DNA of 45,507 nucleotides, taken from the NCBI GenBank assembly GCA_001662655.1, contig KV460284.1, one strand, 5' to 3'. How positions within the stretch are numbered: the first letter of the stretch is position 1; the number at the start of each line of letters is the position of its first letter. Origin of the DNA: Pseudogymnoascus verrucosus. Lineage: Eukaryota. Made by a program: the position numbers and the translations under genes. Shown here in pieces: positions 24,883 to 35,700 of this stretch. Below the pieces are notes generated by a model, which saw only the letters and a list, made by a program, of their open reading frames with translations, was not told the DNA's origin and ran no database searches.

Positions 24883-26863
24883 CGGGTGGGACAGGAAGGG
24901 ATAGAAGGGAGCACATGCAATGCAACATTTTGTTTGATTCTCACTTAACCTGCGGGTGGGAAGAGACCAACTACCAGCCAAGGAGGCCGCGGAGAGCTGG
25001 GCGGGCATACTTCATCCTATCCTATCCCATACAGCAGTACAATACAGTTTTGTACAGCGTGTACAGTACAAGTAAATTAACATCCAGATTCTCAGGTATA
25101 TTGAGGGCGGTGGAGATCGGGTTGCCACGTCATTCGCTCGTTCTCATAATGGGGAGGAGGGAGGAGAATCTTTTTTCTCTGGATGAGGAGGGGGGTTGGT
25201 TATATGTAGAGTACAATACAGTATACTGCAGTCCCAGTTACTCCGAACTTGATAGAGTAGTGAGTAGAGTACCAGTCGGTGTGGGATTTGACAGGAGCTT
25301 TCTCGTTCCCTTCCTTCTCTCCGCCCCATAGTTATTCTTCTTGGGGAGATGGAGCTGTCTGTCTTGTTTTGATCACCCCTCTTCTGTTGACCTTGGTGGT
25401 TCCGCAGTGTTAGTACTGTTAGTATTGTTAGTAGTGTGTCAACAAAACCGCAGCAAATACTGCAAATGCTGCCGATCCCATTGGCCAGTGGCGAACACTC
25501 CCGTCTCTCTCTCGTTGAAATCCTCCCAGTATCTCCTCGGTGGGGGAAGGTGGTTATGTTACACACATGCACAGCTACTGGTGTTGCAGTTGCACATGTC
25601 AATCACAAACGGGCCACAATTCCGTCGTCTCTCGATATCTCGAATCCGTGACGGCAAGTCTCACACCTCTGCTATACACTACACACACCGCGAATCAGGG
25701 CTAGCTACCGGGTGGTTTAGTTAGTTACGGCGAGTACTCTGTGTGGAAGTATCGGATGTATATTTTTTATCTGAAGGGGGGGATTGATTGTGCCACTTTG
25801 TGATGGACTCTTTCCTGGTAAGACTTCTTGTTCGCCTATTCGCCGGTGTGACGTTGTCAGCTCTCTTCGATCCAGCCTCGTCTGCTCATGCGATCGATTC
25901 ATGCATGCCATGTGCTGAGATCCCAGGCCCGAAACGGATGGGGTTCGTGGAGATAGATGGTTACTTCGGGGGGAGGGGGGGTGATGTACCGATCTTTGAT
26001 TGACTCTGGACGAGCCCGCTGTGTGTGTGTGTGGGATGTTGTGACGAGAAAGTCTCGAAGGTTGAGAAGTGAGGTCTCGGTGGGAGAGAGTTAGGAAGGA
26101 GATAGGCTGGCTTGCTGGTGTTACATTCTCAGGTTGGTCCTGTGAGCCATTCTTTCTCTTCTTCCAGCACCAGTCTCGCCACCCTCGCTCACTCAGACTT
26201 TTGTAACTTGGCAAATCAAAATAGTTCTAGACACCGAGTTTATGTGGCTAGAATGGCGTGCAGGAGAGGGCCGTCAAGTTCGAAGCTGATGATGTGCACC
26301 CCCCTGTGTACTAGATCGTCGTTGGGGGAGGGTGTGGTCTATGTCTGGTGTGCTAATCAAAATTTTATAGGGGGCAAAAATCGTGAATTAACCGCCCTAG
26401 AAAACATAACATGAGTAATTGCCCTGTAAGAAAGACCACGAAGAAAACACGCCAAATCGCGGAACTAACAGATAGCCAAGAGACCTAACTATTTTTCCCC
26501 CAACCACACTAAAATTCCAACACAGTACAACTTTTGCCGTTCGTTGCGTGGTGGAAATAATGAAATAGCGTGGGATGGGACAAGTTGTAGAAAAGATAGC
26601 GTGCTACGAGTAACTCTACTTCCAGAAACTGTAACTAACTGAACTGCAAGGTTGTGCCAAGCCAAAGGGATGGGGGTGGATGGGGAGGGTACGGTGGTAC
26701 ATACATAAGCCAATAAATCTCCCCCACACCCAGACCACCGCGCCCCGAGCTTTTTCTCATTTTGAAGAACCGTCCCCCTTCAACCCACATCTCCCCCTGT
26801 CACCGCGAACCTCTCCCTTCTTCTTCTTCCTTCACCGTCCTGTGAACGTTTTTTGGTGAAATT

Positions 26864-26960
26864 GTAAGTTCTCGTGGCCACCGGCGAGTCAATTGATCAA
26901 GTTTGATTTGACCAGACAGATTAGATCTACCGCTAACGACTCCCGCCAGCCAATCTACAG
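26864..26960 (+). other. Putative 5'-UTR intron of the desaturase gene
   Basis: GTAAGT donor at 26864, GCTAAC branch point near 26932, CTACAG acceptor at 26960, about 200 bp upstream of the ATG at 27162. Confidence 0.6.
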
Positions 26961-27161
26961 CCCCGGGTTCCTGCGTTAAAGAAACCTCGGACCCAAAAAA
27001 GACGAGAATCGTACCAAAAATTCCCCCAACAAACGCCTCCACGCCCCCCGACCCGAAGGGAGCACCCGACTTATAAAACATCTCCCGCAAGCCCCTCCAC
27101 CTCCATCTCTTACCTTTTACAACATCCCCCCGGGTCGTCGATTCTCTCACATCCCACAACC

Positions 27162-28679
27162 ATGGCCTCCTCAACAGCCATCCCCCGCCGTGATGGCCTC
27201 CGCCGCACCGCTGCCGCCGCCGCAGCAGCAGCGGATTCCTCCCCCTCCACCGCGGACGTGTCTCCCACCGACAGCCCGCGCGCCTCTCCCTCCTCCTCCT
27301 CGCTCTCCTCCATGTCGTCCATCGACAACGATGTCTCCGCCAAGTCCACAACATCGACAAAGCTGATCGACACCTACGGCAATGAGTTCCAGCTCCCCGA
27401 CTACGCGATGGGGGATATCATCCGAGCCATCCCCAAGGAGTGCTTTAAGCGCAACACCGCCCTGGGTCTCTACTACGTCGCCCGCGACATCGCCTGTCTC
27501 GCCACCACATTCTACCTCTTCCACACCTTCGTCACCCCCGAAAACGTACCATCCACCCCTGCCCGCGCGGCCCTCTGGGCGGTGTACACTGCGATCCAGG
27601 GTCTCTTCGGGACTGGCCTCTGGGTGCTGGCTCACGAGTGCGGACACCAGGCTTTCTCGCCCTCGAAGGTCGTTAATGATACTGTCGGCTGGGTCTGCCA
27701 CTCCGCCCTCCTGGTCCCCTATTTCTCCTGGAAGATCTCGCACGGGAAGCACCACAAGGCTACGGGGAACATGGAGAAGGACATGGTTTTCGTCCCAAAG
27801 TCTCGCGAGGTGTACGCGAACCGCATTGCGAAGTTTGTGCATGAGCTTGATGAGTTGACTGAGGAGACTCCTATTGCCACTCTCTTGCATTTGGTTGGAC
27901 AGCAGTTGGCGGGGTGGTGGTTGTACCTCTTTGCTAATGTTACTGGACATAATCACCACGAGAACCAGAAGGAGGGACGCGGGAAGGGGAAGAAGAACGG
28001 GTATACGACTGGTGTCAACCATTTCAACCCCGCCAGCCCGCTCTACGAGGCTAAGGATGCGAAACTCATCGTCCTGAGCGATATTGGTGTTGGACTTACC
28101 ATCGCAGCTCTTGTTTGGGTGTCCAAGACCTTTGGAGCGGCGAATATGTTCGTTTGGTACTTCATCCCGTATCTCTGGGTTAACCACTGGCTTGGTATGT
28201 CATCCCCCATTTAACCCCTTTCAACTCCCCAGAAGAATATAAGTCTAACAACCCCCACAGTCGCTATCACCTACCTCCAACACACCGACCCCTCCCTCCC
28301 CCACTACCAGCCTTCGTCCTGGAACTACGTCCGCGGTGCCGCCGCCACCATCGACCGCGAATTCGGCTTCATCGGTCGCCACCTCTTCCACGGCATCATC
28401 GAGACTCACGTCCTCCACCACTACGTCTGCACCATCCCCTTCTACAACGCCGACCTCGCCTCCGAAGCCATCAAGCCCGTCATGGGCCGCCACTACCGCG
28501 CCGATGTGGAGGGAGGGAGCTGGGGCTTCCTGAAGAGCATTTGGAAGAGTGCTAGGTGGTGTCAGTGGGTTGAGCCGAATCAGGAGACACTGGGGAAGGG
28601 AGGGGAGGCGGAGGGGGTGCTGTTTTTTAGGAATAGGAATGGGTTGGGCGTGCCGCCGGCGAAGGTTGCTAAGGCATAA
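27162..28679 (+). CDS. FAD2: Delta-12 (oleate) fatty acid desaturase; exons 27162-28194 and 28261-28679
   Basis: Three His boxes HECGH, HGKHH and HVLHH; LIDTYGNEF; intron GTATGT..CTAAC..ACAG joins WVNHWL-VAITYLQHTD; AAATIDREFGFIGRHLFHGIIETH. Confidence 0.93.
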
Positions 28680-30033
28680 GGTTGGCGAGGCTAGGAGGGG
28701 GGAGGTTGAATAATATGTGCGCGTGGTGAATGTGATGGAGAAGGATGGGGGGGAAGAGAAGAGAAGAAAAGAAGAGGGAGCAGTGGACGCACGCAGTGAT
28801 GATGAAGACGGGATCTGAGCTTTTATATGTGGCTTCATTTTCGCAGTTCTTTTTTTGTTATAGAGAGACGTCGAGATGGGCAAGATTGATGATGAAAAAG
28901 AAAGATTTCAGGAGTTTATGGGAGCACTACGCGTTTAATTACAAAGACAAGAACTGCTAAAGATTTTTTTTTCTTCCGATTTCTATTTGAATTGTTGTCT
29001 CCCAAGTCTTTATTTTATTTTTGTGCTTGAAAGTTTTCGCGTTGTTTTTTAGGGGATTTTTTAGGGGGGTTATCTTTTCTTTTGGAAAGACGAGAGATAG
29101 AAAGGGGACAACAGGTGTAATAGACGGTGGCTTTGACTGAGTTAAATCCACCGTCTACTACACATGTTTGACTCCTTTCCATCTATCTCCCTTGCGCTCC
29201 GCTCCGTCCCGTGCCGTTTTGAAAGGGGGTGTGGGGTGGGGCGATCGATGTCTTACTGCTGTCTTAGATACCTGTCTCACTTCTGTTTGGTGTCTCGGGG
29301 GGAGCGGGAAATCGGGAAAGGGAGAAAGGGGAAAGACGGGAGGGGAAGAGGGGGTTGAATATATGATAGACGATAGAATCCGCGAATACAGCTTTTTCTC
29401 ATTCACTCACTGGGTCGCCTTGAAATATCATGCTTCGACACGTGTGGTGGCTGTTCGTCGACTCACGATCGATGGATCCATTGATAGAGTTTCTTGATAG
29501 AGTTTTCTTCGGGGTGTGGATAAGGTAGGTTGGTGTTCTTGCCGTCACATCTATTTCTTGCGAGGCGGGTTCTTGCTGTCGCGCTCCTCTCACCTCTCCC
29601 TTTCTCACCACCACCACCACCACACCCCCATCACCTCCAACCCCACCAGCTTCGAAAGCATCCAAGAGCCGCGCGGGAAGCTCAGTAGTCACACCGTCGT
29701 GTGCGAGGCCTGTTTTACATCAGTTCCAGAGGAGAACTGATGCCTTTTTCTGGTGTGTACCTGTTTGCTGTGTGATTAAAAGATTTCTGCTCGGAGGCCC
29801 TTTTTATAGACTTCGTCCCGCACTGTTGGTCGATGGAAGCTCAGCTGGTGAGGATGGGATAGGGGGTTTACCTTTTTGTTCTCGGGGAAAGTGGGACGAG
29901 CAGAGAGGGGGATGGATATATGTTCCGGGCCAACCGTAAACCGTATTACGGCCCAACTACGTGGCAGTGTAGAATAGTATTAAAAAATAAATCCTACTTC
30001 CTATTTCCTACTTCCTATATAATCACGATAATT

Positions 30034-32135
30034 ATGGCTACTATTGCTTCGATTAACCCGTTTCCAAACGATGTACGTACTGCTTTTGAAGCCTATATAA
30101 GCAGCTCTACCTACTACAACCGTGAGCAGTTATCACACGCAAAATGGAGCTAAATCCGTACTATTCTTGAGAATCCTACAGCCTATACACCATATAATAG
30201 AGAGACTAGTAACCTTAAAAACCGTACGCAATCTACCTTTGAGCTTATTAATAATAAGATCTATAAGAGTGATATTCGGCATCTACAGCCTCGATATGTA
30301 GTATAGAAAGCAGAGGTGTTTGATACTATTACACAGGAACACCTTAAGCTCCTACACGCAGGCCGGAATAAGGTAAGCCTTCCTTATATTCTAGCTTAAG
30401 CTCTCGCTCCTACTTTATAGTACTAACTATAAGAAGGTATGGCCTACTATAGAGCAACAGTACTATGGAATAAAGCGAGAGGATGTAGAGTTTATACTCA
30501 AACGGTGTAAGAATTGCACACTTAATAGGCCAAATACTACAAAAGCTCCCTTAGTTCCTATTACTACAGGGCGAGCGTAGGAGCGGGTTCAAATTAATCT
30601 AATTAATATGCGCCACGAGCCTTTAGGGCAGTATAAATGGATTCTACATATAAAGGATCACTTCTCAAAGTATACACAGCTATACCCATTAAAAAGCAAG
30701 CACGTAGAGCCTATTGCAGAGTGCTTTGCTCAATTCATTGCAGCTTTCCTACCTCCGAAGATTATGCAGGCTGATAATGGGAAGGAATTCAAGGGGGCTC
30801 TCTTACTCCTACTACGGAAGTATGGAATACAGGTAGTAAATGGAGCACCATGATCACCACAAACGCAAGGCCTAGTTGAGCAGGCAAATGGAGTTGTTGA
30901 GAATAAGCTCTAGGCATGGAAAATGGATCACGGGTCTACAGAATGGAAGAATGGGCTACTTAAAGTGGTGCTTGCTATGAACACCCAAATCCACTCTACA
31001 ATTAGGTGTGCGCTAGCTGAGCTTCTGTTCCGAGAGCGGAGCTCATACATTGACTGGCTCAATAGTCAGGCCCGGAAGGATCTGTCAATTGGAATTGAGT
31101 AGGAAGACCCAACCATAGGCCCGATATTTGAGAGCGAGCTCTAGTCCGAGCTTGAGTCTGAGACGGAAGCTCCAATCGACCCACGGCTTCGGCAGCGAGA
31201 GCCAGAGCTTAATTATGAGCCTAGCTCTGGTTCTGAGCCAGAGCTCCGAATTGAGCTCAATTCTAAGCTCCGAACCAGAGCCAGAGTTTAATCTAGAACT
31301 CGAGCTAGAGCTACAGCTAGAGCCCAGCTCCAGCTCGAGTCAGAGCTTGAAATTGAGCTCGGAATTGAGCTCAATTCGGAGCTCAATTCGGAGCTCCGCT
31401 CTGGCTCTAAGCGAGAGCTCAAGGCTTTAGGCTCGAGCGCCAGAGCCTAGAATTGAGAGCTCTAGCTCAGAACTCAATTCTGAGCCAAGCACTAGCTCTA
31501 AGCCAGAGCTCCAGCGTGGGAGCCGGGCCCGAGTTCCAACTCAGCTTAGAACTAAGCTTCAGCTTACACTAGATCCTGTAATTGAGAGAGCTATAGTAGC
31601 TACTCAACGAGCAAGGATTTCTATGGTGCGGAAGTATATAAAGAAGCATGATATTCAGCACTTTAATATAGGAGCAATAGTCTCTATTAAGGTTCCTTAA
31701 GAGGATAGAACTTCAACTAATAATAAGAGGCTATTTACAAGAATTCTAGAAGAGCCTTACCCTCATAGGTATCGGATTCTTACAGCTTCTAGTATTATAC
31801 AACGCCTTATTCCTACTAAATCACTAGGAGTTGTAGGGTGAGCTCTATAGGGTGATATAGTAATTCCTACTTCTACTAAGGAAGTAGGCCTAGGGCTTGC
31901 AGCTAGAGAGGCTTCTACAAGTGCTCAGGTTGGAATATCCTGTCAGTGCAAAGGGCTGTGTAGTACGAAGAGGTGTAGGTGTTATAAGGAAGCAAAGGAG
32001 TGTAGTATACACTGCTATAACGATGACCACGACTGTGGCAATTTATCAGGTCTTACTACTCGTACAGAAATAGCTTTAGTTGAGAGGCCTCGTTAGAAAC
32101 GAGCACGGGCAGACACAGTAGGTAATACTACGTAG
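30034..32135 (+). pseudogene. Integrase-like transposase (H2C2 zinc finger, rve core, E/P/L-rich spacer, C-terminal Cys-rich domain) with an intron and many premature stops
   Basis: EHLKLLHAGRNK, intron about 30373-30436, VWPTIEQQYYGIKREDVEFILKRCKNC; HIKDHFSKY, MQADNGKEF, P*SPQTQGLVEQANG; CQCKGLCSTKRCRCYKEAKECSIHC. Stops at 30151, 30578, 30851 and 30911, among others. Confidence 0.9.
31130..31562 (+). repeat. Low-complexity GAGCTC/GAGCCA-rich repeat within the transposase gene
   Basis: Short units GAGCTC, GAGCTA, GAGCCAGAG and AATTCGGAGCTC are iterated. Confidence 0.7.
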
Positions 32136-32299
32136 CTATATAGATCAATTGATTACTTCTACTATTTCTAGTTTACGGTTGGGCCGGCCAGTTCATGAAC
32201 CAGTCTGGTTCACGGTTGGGCCGGAACACATATTATGCGCAAAATCTCACAACTCTCAAATGTCCGTTAAAGATGCACATTCTCTCTAGGAATCTTCTA

Positions 32300-32700
32300 T
32301 TTGGAAACCTAGAAGATATAAACAGACAACATCCGATTACAAATCAAGAAATCTTCGATACCCCTCTTCAAAGCCTTAATAGCTTAACCTCTGTCCCTGA
32401 AGCAAACATCATTCACTAAGATATTAAACCAGAAAACATTCTCATTCAATCTCGAGAACTGCTCCACATAAAACTGTCAGACTTTATCCTTTCAAAGACA
32501 ACCGCTGACCTCCAACCACTCTGATATGGACACATTGCTATGCTGCACCGGAAGTATATACTAAGCACCGTACTGTATACTACACAAAGGCTTGTGACAT
32601 CTGATCGCTCTGCCTCGTTGTCTACAAGAATGCAGTGGGCGGTCTTCCGAATATCCGGCCGGCGGAAGACGGCCGTAGGCTGCCTTGGTGTAAGGAAATT
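32300..32700 (+). pseudogene. Ser/Thr protein kinase remnant (C-lobe only)
   Basis: Reads IIH*DIKPENILIQSRELLHIKLSDF (HRDIKPEN and DFG-like), then after a frameshift CYAAPEVY...YTKACDI*SL; no recognisable N-lobe. Confidence 0.8.
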
Positions 32701-32741
32701 ATCGAGCGAGCAAATAACGGGAAATCTAACATCTTAATCGA

Positions 32742-35700
32742 CTAAGATGTCAATACGTCGCCCAACTTCATGTCGCCCTTCTCCTCGTTCAGTAAGGAAA
32801 TCATTTTATGAAATAGATTCAAGATCTTTTGCATCTGCGCTGTTGGGACGACTGTAGCATCGAACCGAGCCTCGAAAAAAACGCCGTCTTTGGCCAGATT
32901 ACACTCCATGACCAGGGCATATGAATCGAAGTCCTTGAGATGCGTCGGACCTACCTCCAAGCCAAGGATACTGGATTGTTCTCCTTGGTCTATGTAGGGC
33001 TGTATCAACAACAGGTGCTTAAAATCGAGTGCTAGTCGGCGGATATTTTGAGGCCCTGTGTGTTCGAATGGTATCATCTCCGCCGCCTGGCTCTGGGCCC
33101 CGTTCAGATAGTCAGGAACAGGTTGTCCTCGATCTAAGCGCATTCTCATCGGCACTGTCGTGAATGTAGGTGCGATTATTTCCATGATCCCTGGCACTGG
33201 CGCATTCCGGCCTGTGAGTGTGACAACGAACAACACATCGTCCGAGTCCGACAACTGCGCAACCACGACAGCCCATGCGGCTCGCACAATAGTTGACGTC
33301 AGCACACTGGAATTCGAACCCCGCATCATGGGCACAAATTGCCGTATGGAATCATTCGGTCGCGGCTGATATGTCGCAGAGGGCAGCGGTGGAAAACTTG
33401 TCGGCAATTTACCACTAAGCTGCGATTGCCAGTACATAGCGGCCCTCTCATGATCTAGACCAGCAAGATAGTGAATGAATCTGTTGTAAGGCACCGGTTG
33501 AGGCACTGAGCCCTCACGATAAATGCGGCTCACCTGTTCAAACAAGGAAGCGGAGCTCCATCCGTCGTATAGTGCATGGTGGACGGTCAACACAAAGACC
33601 CGTGCATCTGCCTGACCGAGAATGGCATATCGGGTAAGAGACTGGCCGTAAGACATCGGAGCATGCTCGTCTTGCTTCAAGTACTCATCCAGAGATCCGC
33701 TTCTGTGCCACGATATCTTCTCTCTGACCACCACCTGGAGAGGCCTTGATCGCGCTGCGGGCACGATCCGCGTTCGTAGGATGGCGTGTACCTCAGCAAG
33801 TCTATCCCATGCCATCTGAAAGCGGCCAAGGTCAAGTGATTGCGGCAACTTGAACACTCTGCGAGCCATGTACGCTTTGTGCTGCCGCGCCGAAATTGCC
33901 ATCATACCCTCTTGCTGGGGAGTGCAAGGATAGACGTCCTCAATTTGGTCCTTCGCCACGTTGCAAATTGCTCCAATTTCCTCCAGTCGATTGAAGTCAG
34001 CGCTGTCGGTTTCTTCCCACAGCCCAAAGGGTGCAATCTCCCTAAGGCTGTCGTCATCTGCCATGTTGCTTTTCTGTGACATGTCAGAGAGCGTGGGAGT
34101 CTGGAAAATTCCTGCCACCGTCAACACGATCCCTTTTTCGCGGGACGCCGCCACGAGCCGCATGGCCCGGATCGAGTCGCCTCCGAGACGGAAGAAGCTG
34201 TCGTCCGCCCCGATCGAGCTCAGCTCTAGATGCAACACCTCGGCCCAGAGCTGCTGTAGCTTTAACTCCATCACTGTCGACGGCGGGCGCTTGGTCCGCT
34301 CGCCCACTGAGCACGCCGTCAGCTGCAGCACAGTCAGCCGCGCACCTAGCTGCCGTAGCCGCAGCCGATCGGTCTTGCCAGAACTCGTCAGAGGCAGGTG
34401 CTGAAGGGGAATGTACACGGCCGGCATCATGTACCCTGGCAACTGTGCAGCTAGGCCGTTCTCTAGCTCTAGCATCTTGTCGTGTATCGCGGCCAACGCG
34501 GACAATGCTAGGTCTGCATCAGCCGTGTCATACTGCCTAACTTCAGTACAAATAAATGCTGCCAGCATCGGATCCCCATCTCGGCAGGTAGGCCGGATCA
34601 TCTCCACTATCAGCTTCCAGTTGCTAGGCACCAACAGCTCTAGGTGGTGCTCAATCTCGCCCAGCTCGAGTCGCTGCCCACGCAGCTTAACCTGCGTGTC
34701 TTTCCGGCCCATGAAGTTCAGCGTGCCGTCTGGGTTGTACCGCACTAGGTCCCCCGTTTTGTAGAAACGTCTTCGGCGGCCTAGTCCAAAGTGCTCTGCC
34801 CACTCAGGGTTCTCGATGAAGACCGCAGTGGTCTTCTCTTGGTCGTTTAGGTATCCGTGGGCTAGGATAGGCCCCTCGATTAGCAGCTCTCCAACGCAGC
34901 CAATGGGCATAAGTCGTTCATGGTTCCCTGGGTCCACTACCCACAACACCGATCCTATCCCTCGTCCGATATTTGCTCCGGACGTATCTGGTTGGAGCCC
35001 ACCAAGACAAGAAGAGAAAACTGTGCATTCCGAAGGTCCATATACACTAACCAGGTACACGCTATCCGCCCATCTTTTAACAACACCTTGTGTGGTAGCC
35101 TCTCCACCAACGGCGAGAAACTTGAGGCCTGGAACATCCTTAGGTCGAACTAGGTTAGCCACCGACGACGTAAGGTGGGCTACGTTAATTTTCATCGTCC
35201 TAATTACTTTACCTAGATTGTCCATCTTGTCTTTCTCAGATGGCACGCAAACGCAACCACCATGAACAAGCGTGCTAAAGATCTCTGCCAGGCTAAGGTC
35301 AAACGTATATGCGGCGAACTGTAGCACCCGCGAGTCGAATCCGAGAAACATGGCCGCACCATGCTGCCGTGCAGTGGTGCAGAAAGATGCATGCGTAAGC
35401 ACGACTCCTTTAGGCTTTCCAGTGCTCCCTGAGGTGAAAATGACAAATGCAGGGTCATATGGCCGTGCTTTCTGAACCCCTAGATGAGGAACTAATGGTA
35501 TCTTCCTAAACAATGCTGTAGGGCCAACAGACACGATTTTGTCAACGACCCCTTTGAACAAAGCAGCATTAGCTGTAGAAGAAATGATAAGGTCGGCGTT
35601 AAGGTCAGCGATGATAGCCTGCAATCGGTCAATGGGATGCTTTGGGTCCAGAGAAACACATGCGCCGCCAGCCTTTAGCACAGCTAGCATCGCAACGATG

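Larger units (their letters stand above)
29921..32228 (+). mobile_element. Ginger-like (retroviral-integrase-type DDE) DNA transposon, about 2.3 kb, RIP-mutated
   Basis: TIRs TGTTCCGGGCCAACCGTAAACC (29921-29942) and the reverse complement of 32207-32228 (20/22 match). TGT..ACA ends, flanks TATA/CATA (candidate 4-bp TSD), internal integrase gene. Confidence 0.85.

Noticed and set aside
27171..28187. 338-aa antisense ORF over the desaturase, and similar shadow ORFs over AMS1, the transporters and the NRPS
   Set aside because: Explained by codon bias of the real gene on the opposite strand or frame.
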